Notes under the pieces: generated by a model
Database searches by the model: none
The model's input: only the letters and a program-made list of their open reading frames with translations
What the model was told of the DNA's origin: nothing
Program-made: the position numbers and the translations under genes
Part shown: piece after piece, positions 1 to 14,200 of the stretch
Numbering within the stretch: position 1 is the stretch's first letter
How the letters are laid out: the number at the start of each line of letters is the position of its first letter
Assembly (NCBI RefSeq): GCF_036588685.1
Contig: NC_086379.1
Coordinates: forward strand, 83,018,001 to 83,082,000
Direction: 5' to 3'
DNA: 64,000 nt
Source of the DNA: Mytilus trossulus
Taxonomy: Eukaryota

Positions 1-1623
1 ATGTCCATGTATAATAGATAAATATTCTATACCTTTACATTCCTTGACCGAACACTTACAGGTGAAATCTAACTTGGGTTAGATGTAACATCATAATATA
101 TTGTCAGGTAGACGTGCAAACCAAAAGCCACCAGGTGACATTCAACATCCTGTCAGTGTGTATACATGTATTACCAGAGTTTAAATTTTGTGATATACAA
201 AAGTTTTCATAAATGTACAAATAAATATCTTCTTCCCGTGTCAAATCAGAAGAAGTATGGTTCATAATAAACTTTAGGAGAATATTAATATTATGAAAAT
301 TTCTTTAAAAAAAAATTTTTGCTTAAAAGGCATTCAAATATTTATATGTTTCTATAATTATTTCAAAGAAATATTCTAATTCAAATTTTAATTTAAATGA
401 ATTTCGATCATTGAATATGTTTTTATCGTTATTTATTTTTTAATTCAATATTTAAAGCTCAATCCAGGCAATGAATCGATATAAAGTTGAAATTGTGTAA
501 CAAAAAAAGAGTTATTGTATACATTCCAGCAGAGACGTATGATACGATTGATCTGGTTTTAACAATATTGTATACACTATAATATCTATCGACAGAGTTA
601 TCGGTCCTGAATAGGACTGATATAGTTGGGTATGCATTGAAAATGCATAAATTGAATATGATAATAAGTTGTGTTGGTTGTCCAGACTTAAACACGTTAT
701 CACCATTTGTATGCTATTACTGGACTTCACAAAGGTTCTGGTAAAAAAAAATGACATCATTATACAAAATATTGCATGCCACAATGGAAAAGTGATTGTT
801 GCTAGACCTCAAAAGTTTAAGAGACACAGATTCTACAGTCAACACAATAAGGTGTATCCAAACGGGGGAAGGGAATACCAAAGCACATACAAAAGATAAG
901 ACATTTCTTCTCATATCTGTATATAAATAACTAAAGTTTGAAACCTTTTATTTTGATTCTGTTTTTCAGGTGACAGTTGTAAAATTCTTACCCAAAAAAA
1001 TCGGAAAAAAACTGGAGTTTTCAAATCTTAAAGGTATTATTTCCCTGTATGATTTATGTTTAATGTCATGAGAGTTCTGTGTCTTATTCAAACCTTTCAT
1101 TCAATTGTTCAGCATCCCATTTGATTGCAGGAATCTATTTTTGTTTGTGTTTTTTTACAAATCTTGTGACTGCTTTCAGTTTCTGAATAAAGACTGGAAG
1201 AAACTCGAGGTATTCCGAGTAAATAAAATAATTTATGTCCAGATGAAACGATCTGGTAAGAATGTTCACCGTAAGAACAACTGTGGTATTTTAAAAGATA
1301 CCAGAACGTACCAAAACATCATTTCAAACCATTTTTCAATTGATTACACCAGAAAGTACCAAAACATTTTCGCCTCACACATTTTTATCTAAATTGATTT
1401 GTTATGTTACAAAAAGATGCAGAAGACAAACGGTAAGAAAACGTAACAAAACGTAAATTTTATTCAACCACAAAATAAGTGAATGCGCTTAAAAATTTAC
1501 AAGTTTTGAAGTTTACGTCTCAGTCAACTCAGCTTATTAAAACAAAAACAAACAAAACAAAACTAATTACAAAAATAAAAAAAATAAAAAAAATACAAAT
1601 AAAAAAAATAAATAAAAAAATTG

Positions 1624-1759
1624 NNNNNNNNNNNNNNNNNNNNNNNNNNNNNNNNNNNNNNNNNNNNNNNNNNNNNNNNNNNNNNNNNNNNNNNNNNNNN
1701 NNNNNNNNNNNNNNNNNNNNNNNNNNNNNNNNNNNNNNNNNNNNNNNNNNNNNNNNNNN
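1624..1759. other. Assembly gap (run of N)
   Basis: 136 N bases, preceded by an A-rich low-complexity tract. Confidence 0.99.
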
Positions 1760-2299
1760 ATCTAAAATCTGCTTGAAAAGCAAAAAGGAAATTTTGTACG
1801 GATTGCATTGGGAACATCCATCCTTATATACTATCTGAAGAAAAGAAGACAAGAGGGCAACGCTTCAAACGTAGGCCACAGGATACGAATGATATCTTCA
1901 GTCACTAACTCCAGTCCAGTATTGTGGTCAATCATCTGAATACCAGTTGAGAAAATATATCTGCAGTCGAGGGGACTCTTTATCTGCCCCTATTAATGAA
2001 ATTTTACAAAAATTCTTGGCATCAAGAACTATTTAGCGTTGAGGGAAAATAACAACATGAACAGCGAAAATTCGAATAGTGACTCAAAAAATTCAGATAA
2101 CGGGAATAACTATAAACTTCATAAAAAGGTTATGGGACGAAGTGGATTAAGTCAAGTAAGTTTTAAAAAAGGTACTAGTACTTCGATTCAAATACTGAGT
2201 ATTCTTCAATTGCCGCCTTAGAATCCTTTTTTACCATTTGAAATAAAAAAAAAAATAGATATACCAGGAAAAACAACAAATCTTACCCCCGAAGAGCGT

Positions 2300-2617
2300 G
2301 CTGCAATGAAAAAAAATAACGACCAGATAAATTTACCTATACAGAAATGATCTCAAATGGCTGAACGTCAACTTGGCTATACAAGATACTGCCGAAACTG
2401 ATCTTGCAACAACATTTTTTTGCAAAGAAATATACATAACTGCTAGTTTGGTAGAAATGCACATAAACCGTTTCATCAAATATCTAGAATATTATATCAG
2501 ATTTATTTGGGTCCCAAATTCACAGTGAAGGTTATTGTCGGTTATAAAAGCTCAGAGAGCTTATGTTTATTTGTTATGCAACATGCCGACTATAAATAAA
2601 GCTTTGAATTGAATTGA
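2300..2617 (+). mobile_element. Degenerate non-LTR retrotransposon 3' end (possibly L1/Tx1-like)
   Basis: Remnant peptide FAKKYIHNC near 2420-2445, then AATAAA followed by a (TTGAA)n tail at ~2596-2617. Confidence 0.3.
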
Positions 2618-2663
2618 ACGTTGACAGTTCAGCTAACGGTCATTTATAACTCATGCCAACATC

Positions 2664-3356
2664 CAATCTAATTAAAATATAGATCTCCTAATTAAAATAT
2701 AGATCTCCGATTTCGTTATACTACGTTACTACATAAAAGTGTGGAGCAAAAGCTTAAAGATCAGTTCACACAATTATGTTTGTCACAGATAGAAACCTTA
2801 CCTAAATGCCTATGTTACAGAATTTTTAAAAATAATTTGAAATTTGAGAATTATCTCAACAAATTGTCTAATAGTTTATTATTTGTATACTGCAAATTTA
2901 GATGTGGTAGTCATCGTTTACCAATTGAGACCGGCAGATGGCGAGGCTTGTCACGAAACGACAGACTTTGCCATCTATGCAACGCAAACGAAATTGGTGA
3001 CGAATATCATTATATAATGACTTGTAAATCTTTAGATTTAGAGAGAAAGAAATTTTTACCTGAATATTGCTGTAAAAATCCAAGTACATACAAATTTAAT
3101 AGTTAATTTAATTCAGACAATACTATTATTTTAGAAAAATTATGTAAGTTTATAAAAACAATACAGGTGAAAGTCAGTCCTCCAAGTTAAGTTACGTTAT
3201 TTGTTCACACATGTGCATGCTTATATATACATATATGTAATTGTAAATATATATTTTCTCTGTAACTATGACATGTAGTTTTGTGAGAATAAAGTTCATT
3301 CACATATGTAGTAACGTAGTATAACGAAATCGGAGATCTATATTTTAATTAGATTG
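2664..3356. mobile_element. Palindromic MITE-like element with 9-bp target-site duplication, split by a LINE fragment
   Basis: Inverted arms caatctaattaaaatatagatctccgatttcgttatactacgttactacata (2664-2735, with an internal 20-bp duplication) and the reverse complement at 3305-3356. gccaacatc flanks both sides (2655-2663, 3357-3365). Confidence 0.8.
2736..3301 (+). mobile_element. 5'-truncated LINE 3' fragment (ORF2 C-terminal zinc-finger region)
   Basis: ORF 2741-3106 contains KFRCGSHRLPIETGRW and CHLC...EIGDEYHYIMTC, typical of non-LTR ORF2 C-termini. AATAAA and a TTCA-repeat tail follow at ~3288-3301. Confidence 0.8.
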
Positions 3357-5205
3357 GCCAACATCATGGGATATCTAAATCCAAACCACCCTGCTCGATA
3401 TTTCTTGCTCCTACGAATGACATGATATCAACAGACCGGAATTCTATTTGAATGATTGTATGAGTCACATCTAAACTTACGGGCTCGATAAACAACATCA
3501 ATATGAAAATTATGATGAAATACCTATTTGTAAAAAGTGGTTTATAGGAACAGTCAAAATTCTAAACAAATTATTTGAATTCATAATTAAAAGGATTTTT
3601 ACATTCTTTGTATCATTTTAAAGAAGCAAATGTCATTTTCATTGATAAGGCAAAAATAAAAAAAGTCAATTTTTACCAAAAAAAATCGAACTGCCGATTT
3701 GGTGAGTATGTTATGTGAATATTTCATATCTAAATTTTGTTTTACTATTTTTATGTTCATTTGGAGGTGAAGAACAGAATGTTGAACCGAGTGACCACGT
3801 TTAAATTAAGGATCGTTAATTGAAACTTAAAATTTAGTCATTTAACTTTTTTAAATGTCGGTTGTGCAACACAGTTCAGGAAAATAATAATGACAATTAT
3901 CTATGGTCACAGTTGCAGGTAACTTACTTCCTATTTAACATATTGATTTAATTTAGACTTTACCATTGTTAAATGTTTATAATAAGACTAAGGAATGGGT
4001 TCAAATTGCTAACCTTGAACGGATCAATGATATAACTAACAAGCAGTATAAATTCTATACCTATTCTTTGTAATACTTTAGTAATATCTTCAGTAATATC
4101 TATATGTCTTCATGTTAAGTTTTCAACTAACACGGTAAGGCTTTCCTTCAAACAAGAAATGTGTCTTATAATTTAAGTGTAAAATATTAACATTTAGTAA
4201 TTTAGTTAAAGTAGCTAACAATTTTGATAACTCTCGGTTGATTAACGGCTTTCCTTGTTTCACATAGTTTACACATGGCGTTGCACAAGTTCGTCATATT
4301 TTCTGCATAATTCATTGGTGGAGGGTTGAAGGAACCCATACACACGTATCTTGTTAATATAAAATAGTCAGCTATAAAAGGCCCCGAAATGTCAAATGTA
4401 AAACAATTCAAACGAGAAAACTAACGGCATAATTTAGGTTAAAAAAATGAACGAAAAACAAATATGTAACTCATCAACAAACGATACTGAAATACAGGCT
4501 TCTGACTTGGGACAGGCACATACATACAGAATTTTATAAGTTCACTAAATGCTAAGATGACTCCATATTCTGAATCCTCATCACTGGTTATCTTTTTTGC
4601 TTAGTTTGCATAAACTATAAAAGATAGATAGAGAGAACATGTAAGTTTAAAAAAATTAAATGTTCAGATATAATAGATTATACAAAAAATGTCACAATAT
4701 GGCCATAATTGGTAATTGATCCCTAATAGGAGTTATTAACCATGAAAGATGATTTTATTATATTTTTTTTGCTTATTTTGCTGTTACAGAAAATGAAATA
4801 AGATCTTCAAAAAGGTCAACATGGCAGTAATCGACTGTCTCTTTATAAGATTTATTGCCCTTGAATGAAACGTTTTGCTAATTTGCATAATTTTTCAATT
4901 ATCTCTAAAAGTTTTATTAATAAAGTAGAAACTTTAAACAGTAAACCATCAATGCAAATTCTATAAAAATACTCATAAAGAAAATTTACACATAAGCAAA
5001 CAAAACTGATTGCATTAAAGGTAAAACAAATATCCAATTTATACCAGGTGAGCCTCTTGTTTTATAGAAGGACTGAGTTGCGCTTAAATGAAAAATTATT
5101 TATCATTCATATGTATTAACCAATATAGTGAGTGAAACGAGAGAGAGAGAACACTGTTTGCGAGTAGAATTTCATTGAAATATACATTTTTTAGACAGCG
5201 GTGCT

Positions 5206-8200
5206 ATGATTCGGACCGTTGTTTGTTTTCTGATACTTTGCTTACACTGTGAAGGTAAGTCTGTAACATAAAGGTAAGTAGGATATATGTTATTCGCTTC
5301 TCAAAACAAATATGATTATTACTTTACATGCACAAATGTAATTGCCTTCTATAGACACAGAGGAGATTTGCCGAATTTAGATGTGGTCTTGCCCCACTAA
5401 GGATTGATACTCGGAGAAATGAACATATAGTTTTAGAAAGCAGAGTGTTTCATATATGTGGTTTTATTAACTTTAATTTTTTGTTTCATTAAGAATTCCT
5501 CTTTATGACGATTTACGTTGCTGAAACATTTAATTAAAATTTTGATACCTGATAACCAAACTTTATATTTTTATTCTCAGATGTAAAAATGATACGTGTG
5601 TGTACGAAAACTTGTTATTCAATGTTAAAAAGACCTCAAATTTTAGTACTTAATTTCATATTGTTTAATGTAATGTATCTTCTATGCATATTAACAGTAT
5701 CTTATAACTATGTATAGAAGGTTTTCATTTCATGTAGTATTGTTTTACAATTTATAAATACCGATTGTACTTGTTGACGATGAGAGTTTAATAGAATATT
5801 GAATTGAAATGCACAACCGTCTAGAAATAACTGAATATACTTTGCTCGAAATTAACAAACAATTAACTTACATATTAAAATTCAGTATTTTATTAGTGTC
5901 TCACCACTTGTTAAACATACAATACAATCATCACAATATATACATTGAATAAAACAGTATTTGTATGCCCCTTTATGGGCATTTTGTTTTCTGGACTGTG
6001 CGTCCGTCCGTCCGTCCGTTCGTTCGTCCGTCTGTCCCGCATCATGTTAAAGTTTTTGGTTAAGGTAGTTTTTGATGAAGGTGAATTCAACTTGAAACTT
6101 AGTACATATGATCCCTATGATGTTATCTTTCTAATTTTAATGCCAAATTAGAGAATCCACCCCTTTTCTCCCTTTTTCACGGTCCACTGAACATAGAAAA
6201 TTATAGTGCGAATGGAGCATCCGTGTACTGGGGACACATTCTTGTTATATATATTAATGTAAAAAAGTAAAATAACAAATATTACCGAAAATATCAATGT
6301 AATGACTTGATTCCTTTGACAGTTATTTCTAGTTACAAGAGAGTCTGCTTCTTTACGAACTGGTCACAATATCGGCCCGGTATTGGAAAATATACGGCGG
6401 ATAAAATTGATCCATTTTTATGTACCCATGTAATTTATGCATTTGGCAAAGTGTCCGGGAATACTATCCAGCCATATGAAGAGAATGACATCACACAATC
6501 CAGTAAGTTAGTAATGATTTTATCACTGTTATAACTAGTGCTGTAACTTGTATTGCTATTCAGAACAAGAAATGAAAATTAAAATATTTGAAAAAACGAA
6601 ATAGAACAATAGAAGTACGAACGATTGTGTCAAGGTTGTCAAGGTGGGAATCATGTGGTTGGTTCGTGTCAGTTGTGAAGATTTTTTTGATTTGTGTTTG
6701 AACATCACAGCTTCAATTGTTATTGGTTGATAGATATATCTAAACGTTCAGCGACTCTGTCACAAATTGACCTTCCTATGAAAGGTTTTCCTATCTGTTA
6801 TCATGACATTTTATTCAGACTGCGAGATGACCAGTATGTTCTTACTCCTATACATACTGCTTTCATTTTGGCGTAGTAAAGTTGTGATCACATTTAAAGT
6901 CTCTAGGTGAGGGAGATTACTTAAAATCGCCCAAAAGAAAATAAAGCCAAAAGAGAAAACTACAGACAACAAAACAACAAAACACCGAAAAAAGATACCA
7001 GGTGGACATTCAAACTCATAAATCGAAAATAAACTGACAAAGCAATGGCTAAAAAAAAAGACAAACAGAAAAATAATAGTACACAAGACACAACAAAGAA
7101 AACTAAAGAATAAGCAACACGAACCCCACCAAAAACTGGGGTGATCATATGTGCTCCGGAAGGTAAGTAGACCCTGCTCCACATGTGGTATACCCGTCGT
7201 GTTGCTCATGTTATTATACAAACCCGTTAAATAGTCAAATTAGGTAGGTCAAATTCGTGAGAAGGGAAGGGGTTGTAGTTACGACAATCATAAGGAACAT
7301 AGCCGATATCATCTGTGCATGAAACATAAGTTACATTTTGTACTTGATACATCTTTTTGAAGGTAAAGGTCAGTATGAAATGGCTAATGAACTAAAATTA
7401 ATAAATCCGGAATTAAAAGTTCTCTTAGCTATTGGCGGATGGAATCATGGAAGCGGACCATTTTCTACATTAGTTTCCAACCAGTCAAACATGGATGCAT
7501 TCTCAGAGAACTCATTGAATTATCTCAGAACACATGGTTTTGACGGCCTTGACATTGACTGGGAGTATCCTGGTAGCAGAGGTAGCCCTCCAAATGACAA
7601 ATATAGATTTACAACATTAGTTAAGGTGAGTAATGCTTTATTTTGATGGATCACATATAAGATTAAGGTGTTCATTCATACATTATATACTACTGTTACC
7701 TATATTTTTCACCCCTTATTTTATTGATTTTGTATATAAATTGTGTCATGTATAAAAGTTTTTCGTTAAATATATCTTTTGATTGAGTTAAGCCATTTCA
7801 TATTGAGTCTTTCTATGTTGTTATGTTACACTATTGTTTAGATTAGGATGAAGGTTGGTACCCATTAAAACATTTAAACCCGTTGCATTTGTTTGCACAT
7901 GACATATGTCAGAAATCTGATGTTCAGTAGTTTAATGTGATTCATACATGTTTCTTATTTCTCTTTTTTATATAGACTAGACCGTTGTATTTCGCGTTTA
8001 AATGGTTTTACGCTAGTCATTTTGGGGCCCTTATTATAGCGGCTTGCTGTTTGGTGTGAGCCAATAATCCGTGTTCAATATAGAAAAAAAGATGTGGTAT
8101 GATTGCCAACGAGACTACTTTCTACAAGAGACCAAATGACACAGACGAGAAACGAGAAAACTGACCGCCAAATGTAATATGTACAACAAATTAACTAAAA

Positions 8201-11200
8201 ACAAAAATGTAAACATAAACAAACGAAAATCACTGGCTGAATAACAAGCTCCTGACTTGAGACCGTACTATATGGCCTATGTAATGGTTTACTTTTACAA
8301 ATTTTGACTTGAATGGAGTGTTGTCTTGTTTCCACTCATACCACATCTTCTTATATCTAATTAATAATTCAAATGGACTAAACATCGTATATTAAAGGAT
8401 AGCTGTATAATACATCATGATTTTTTTGCAGACATTACGTTTAAAGTATGACAATGAAGAGTTGACATCCGGGAGGTCACAACTGTTATTAACAGCTGCT
8501 GTTTCAGCAGGCAGAGGAACAGTAGAATCTGCTTATGAAATCGACAAAATATCACTGTAAGTTAACAACTTAGTTATGTCTATTGTAGAACAAGGAGTAA
8601 AATAAAACATTATTTAAAATCCACTATAGTTGTAACCGTTAATATTTGCAATATCAAATATAATCTTTTTTTTTATATCACAATTTTTGTGTAAAATATT
8701 CTGACTAAGTAGTATCTGAAACTGTCTTTCCTTGACAAAATATATTAAAATGGGAATAAACTATCCAAGAAAGCACCGTATTTAAATTGCGTATAAATAT
8801 TTTACTACTTCAAATATAAAAATATACTCCTACGATTGTCATATATATTTTCATTTAACCGTAGTTCGCTATAAATTGCAATACGCATTGAGCAGACAAT
8901 ACTGAGTCATTGACAAATTTACACAAACAACAACTTTGTTTGGAAGTTGCATCATTTGCAATCATACCACATCTCCATAATTTTACAAAAAAATAGATTA
9001 AATAAGATGGCAGTTAATTTGTAAATCAATTGTTTCCACAAATAAATCTGTACCTATAATATACAGGGAATGAAACTTATAATCTCTTTATTGGCCTTAA
9101 TGTTTTCAAAGTATTGTCAAGTTTGGCTCTAAAACAGTATCTTTTTCAAAAGAGAAAAACGCGTCTGTTTAGAACAGTAATAACTATTTAGAAATAAGTT
9201 ATCATATAAACGTTTAAAAGATTTTTATGAATACAGTTATATAAATGTTTAATATTTATTTTCAGGTATTTGGATCTTATAAATTTAATGACATACGATT
9301 TTGTTGAAGATTATAACACAGTAACAAGCCACCACAGTCCATATAATGACTCAGCAATTGTTGACTTCAACGTTGTAAGTGTAGATACAAATTATCAGAA
9401 GATCCTTTTTCCAGGGGATGTTAACATTATGTTCTTAAATTGTACATATACACCACTCTCCCGTGTAAGACCCATGCAGAATGTTTTATCCCATGTTTTT
9501 GTATATGCCTGTCTAAAACCAGAATTTCAGTGTAACATTATATATTATTTTTGGATGTTCCTTTGATTTTAGTTTAGAGTTATTGATCTAAATAACGTCG
9601 TTGATTTTCTGTTATGAAGTGGTATTTGTACACTTTAATGTTGCAATTTAGTTTTTTTAGTAACATCGAAATGTTGATAACTTCTATATCCATGCAAACA
9701 TACACCTTCTATCACTTTTTACAAAAATGTACTTTATGCAGGATTATGCAGTTAAAATGTGGTTAGATGGAGGAGCACCGAAAGAAAAACTGATCATGGG
9801 GTTTCCTACATACGGAAGGTCTTTCACATTGAGTAATACCATGAACACAGGTTTAGGGGCGCCATCTATTGGTCGCGGTACAGCTGGACCTTATACAAGA
9901 GAGAGCAGTGTGTTGGCTTATTATGAGGTAAGATTTTGCATGCAGTTATACCAAACGTTACCGTAACTAACGAATCATGCTTATGATTGCCATTGGTTTG
10001 ACTATATTGATCATCACGTCTTAAAGTCTTGATCATTCTGTTTGGGTTTACGCTTTCCTCTCAAAGCTTAATCATCAAAAGTGCGTAATAGTGTTTTACG
10101 TTTACTATAGAACAGATAAAAGCACAAAAGAGTGGCAAACAGATGAGCATTAGCCTGAATCAGTTGAAATCTCAAGATTTTAGTGAAATGAAATTATTTC
10201 TCTACTGGAATATCAAAACCAAAATATACCATTTCGGACATTCCATTAAAAAAACACCTTCTACTATTATTAAAATTGAACCCTGAAGTTCACTATCAAA
10301 GTTATCTAAAGCAAATCACACCATCCTAAGTGGTAATTGAAAAAAACCCACATGAAAAGACATTATATTCAGAGAAGATAATGGAATTGAAAAAATGTCA
10401 TTTTTTTTTTATTTCTAAGATATGTTCCAAAATACAAACAGAGAACTGGACAGAGGTGTGGCTTGAAAAACAACAAGTACCATATGCATATCATGGAAAC
10501 CAGTGGGTTGGATTTGATAATCTTAGAAGTATCGAAATAAAGGTTAGAGTTTAGATTAAGATCATCAAAATTTAATATCTTTTACAATATCTAGGATTAG
10601 TGTTACGAAATGATATTCATGGATAACTAATATTACTATTGGAACATTCACTGTGATGTTTAATTCATGTTGGAAATCTTGGACTGCAGTCAGTATTTAT
10701 CTTTTTTATAATCTTTTCACTACAGTTGCTTTACTTTGTATTTTACTATCATATCAGGTCAAATTCTAACAATCTTAAACGGCATTAAACGCATATGTCT
10801 TGTCAAACAATCCGATCATATTTATTTTGTTTATCGTTTATTATTCAACGACTTTCTTATATAAAAAAGTATAAACACAAATACTTTGAAGGTAAATTTA
10901 AAAATTGAAAGTGATAAACCTGACAAAATCAAATGCTTTTCTCAACACATATGGAAATATTTCTTTGAAATAAAGGCAACAATAGTATTCAACTGTTCAA
11001 TCGACTAAGCGAAAACAAATCCAGGTCAAAAACCAAAACCGAGAGAAACACATCAACTATAAGCAGAAACAACTAAACAACTAAACACTGAACTGCAACA
11101 AAAACAAACGTCAATAATCACAACAACAGACTACGTTATAACCAGTGCCGTATTCCTGACTTGGTGCAGGACACATTAAAAAAATAATGGTGGATTGAAC

Positions 11201-14200
11201 CTGGTTTTATGGCTAGCCAAAACCTCCTGCTATTATGAAAATGTATAAAATGATATTGTATTAGATAAGGTATTGGTTATATGTATTTACAGGTAAACTA
11301 CATAATAGCAAACGATTTAGGAGGGGCTATGGTATGGGCTATTGATCTTGATGATTTTAATGGGATCTGTGGAAATGGTGCCTACCCATTGACTAGTAAA
11401 ATGAAAAATATGTTCAACGCTTCTTCTCATGATTATATTTCAACACCAATATCATCAACTGCAGGTATAACTACTCTTATAACATCTGATGACACTCTTA
11501 CAGAAACCATATATACATCTACAGAAAGATTTTCCAATGACATATTCTCAACTAAAGATACTACAACAACTCCAGTATCTAGTAAAACTGATAAACCAAC
11601 CAGTCATTCAACTCAAGATATTATCTTCACGAGAGAATCAACAGCTCATGATGTCCCTACTGATAGCCCTACTCAAATAAAAACTGATAAACCAACCAGT
11701 CATTCAACTCAAGATATTATCTTCACGAGAGAATCAACAGCTCATCATGTCCCTACTGATAGCCCTACTCAAATAAAAACTGATAAACCAACCAGTCATT
11801 CAACTCAAGATATTATCTTCACGAGAGAATCAACAGCTCATCATGTCCCTACTGATAGCCCTACTCAAATAAAAACTGAACGAACAACCAGCTATACATC
11901 AGATACAAATATGGAATCAACAAACAAAGCAACAAATCAATCCAGTGAAATGCAAAACACATCGACAGAGAGGCTGAATTCAACAGTCACAGAATTAACC
12001 ACAAAGTCAGAACAATTTGATTGGACAAATAAAATGTCGACAGAAGTATCGCCATCTACCACCGAATTGTTGACAACATTCAATAACTCTTTATTACCAA
12101 CAGTTATAGCTAACATTTCATCTGCTGAAACAACCGAATCAGTAACGACAGATTCAGAATCAACCTCGGTGACAGAAACAGACAATACAGATGTTACTGT
12201 ATCAAAAAGTTCCTCAACAACTTCTAAGTTAAAGTCACCAGATTCACAAGAATATTCTAGAGGTATATATACATTATTATGATAAAATAAGAAAGAAATT
12301 CTTTAAATCCATGTGTCTAAAAGAACTAAGGACATTTTAACCACGTGTGATTTATTTGTTTTGCAGTTTGATTTAGCAAAAAATACCGACACTACAGTGT
12401 TTCGTTGTTTTCCTCTTATAGTTGATGGGTTTTTCTCGGTTTTACTTTGTTAATTGAATTTATCTTTGTCTCAATCGATTTCTGACTTTTGAACAGCTGT
12501 ATACTACTGTTGTCATATTTTAAACACACACAAGGGAGTTATGTGATCATTTTAAAAAAAAATCCTGTTTACAAAACTTTGAATTTTTCGAAAAACTAAG
12601 GATTACCTTAGCCGTGTTTGGCACAACTTTTTGGAATTTTGAATCATAATGCTCTTCATCTTTGCACTTGTTTGGCTTTATAAATATTTTGATATGAGCG
12701 TCACTGATAAGTCTTATGAAGACAAAACGCTCGTCTGGCGTACTAAATTATAATCCTGGTACCTTTGATAACTATTTACACCACTGGGTCGATACCACTG
12801 CTGGTGGACGTCTCGTCCCCGAGGGTATCACCAGCCCAGTAGTCAACACTTCGGTGTTGACATGAATATCAATAACGTGGTCATTTTTATAAATTTCCTG
12901 TTTACAAAACTTTGAATTTTTCGAAAAACTAAGGATTTTCTTATCCCAGACACCTTAGCCGTATTTGGCTCAACATTTTGGAATTTTGGATCATAATGCT
13001 CTTTAACTTTGTACTTGTTTGGCTTTATAAAAATTTTAATATGAGCGTCACTGATGAGCCTTTTTTGAGGTTAACTTGGACGCTTTTTTGTATTTTTGTC
13101 ATACATTTTTGTTGTACACGTGTCTTTTTCCATCCGAATTAGAATGTAATTTTTAAACGTATCAAATGTGAATAAATAATTTGTTTGAATTTAGAATGGA
13201 GGGCAATAATGTCAATTTCAAATGACTTAAAAAAAATGTGGACACTGTCTGAGTTTTAACTTAAAGATTTATCTTATTTCAATCCTTTCGGAAGAAAGTT
13301 CGTACACGAAACAAAGGTTTTGTATACATGTCTATATCTTGAAAGTGGTTATTTGTTTATCTTTATTTGAAATTATTTGATTAATTCACGAGAACATTTA
13401 ACATTTATGTTTATAATGATCTTCGACAAGATCTTTTTTCTGAATCTCTTAAAATTGATGAGTATTTTAATAGTTTTACAGATTGTCAGAAAATGATATT
13501 ATATTTTTATTTCGGAATCAAGACAATATAAGATTATTTGCCAAAACTTGTAATTATATTCTGAAAAATTGAAAACAACACGTTTAAAAATTTCTTGCGT
13601 CCGAAGCGCTTTTCTGGATTTACCTTCATCAGGAACGCCCAAAGCCAAACATTTGAAATCCGAAGATGGATAAGTACCGAAAACGTTGAAGAGCTATATG
13701 TAAAAAATACCTAAAATAAATAGCAAAATTCATCTTAAGCCAACTTTGCCTGAGGGAGTTGAAACCTAAGTTTCTTAATAATTTCAAAATTTATAAACGG
13801 ACATTTTTAGTAAATAAAATTTAAAAGGAAATGGGGAATGTGTCAAAAGTAAAAAAACAAAAATACTGAACTCCGAGGAAAATTCAAAAAGGAAAGTCCT
13901 AAATCTAATGGCAAATTCAAAAGTTCAAACACATCAAACGAATGGATAACAACTGTCATATTCCTGACATGGTACAGGTATTTTCTTGTGTAGAAAATGG
14001 TGGATGTTCAAAGCGACAACAACCCGACCATAGAGCAGACAACAATTAAAGTTTGATAAATCATGTCAGCACCGAAGTACGGACTACTAAGTTGATGATA
14101 GCACCTGGGACTGATGACCAGCAGAGGTATCGACACAGTGATGTAAAAAAAAATGAAAACAACACGTTTAATAATTTCTTGCGTCCGAAGACGCCGAGAA

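Noticed and set aside
1479-1852. ORFs spanning the N run
   Set aside because: Artefacts of the gap and the A-rich tract.
4610-4646. TATA box plus non-coding first exon for chitinase 1
   Set aside because: TATAAAAG lies under 20 nt from the GTAAGT donor, too close for a normal start site. An upstream exon is likely (acceptor at ~5194) but cannot be placed.
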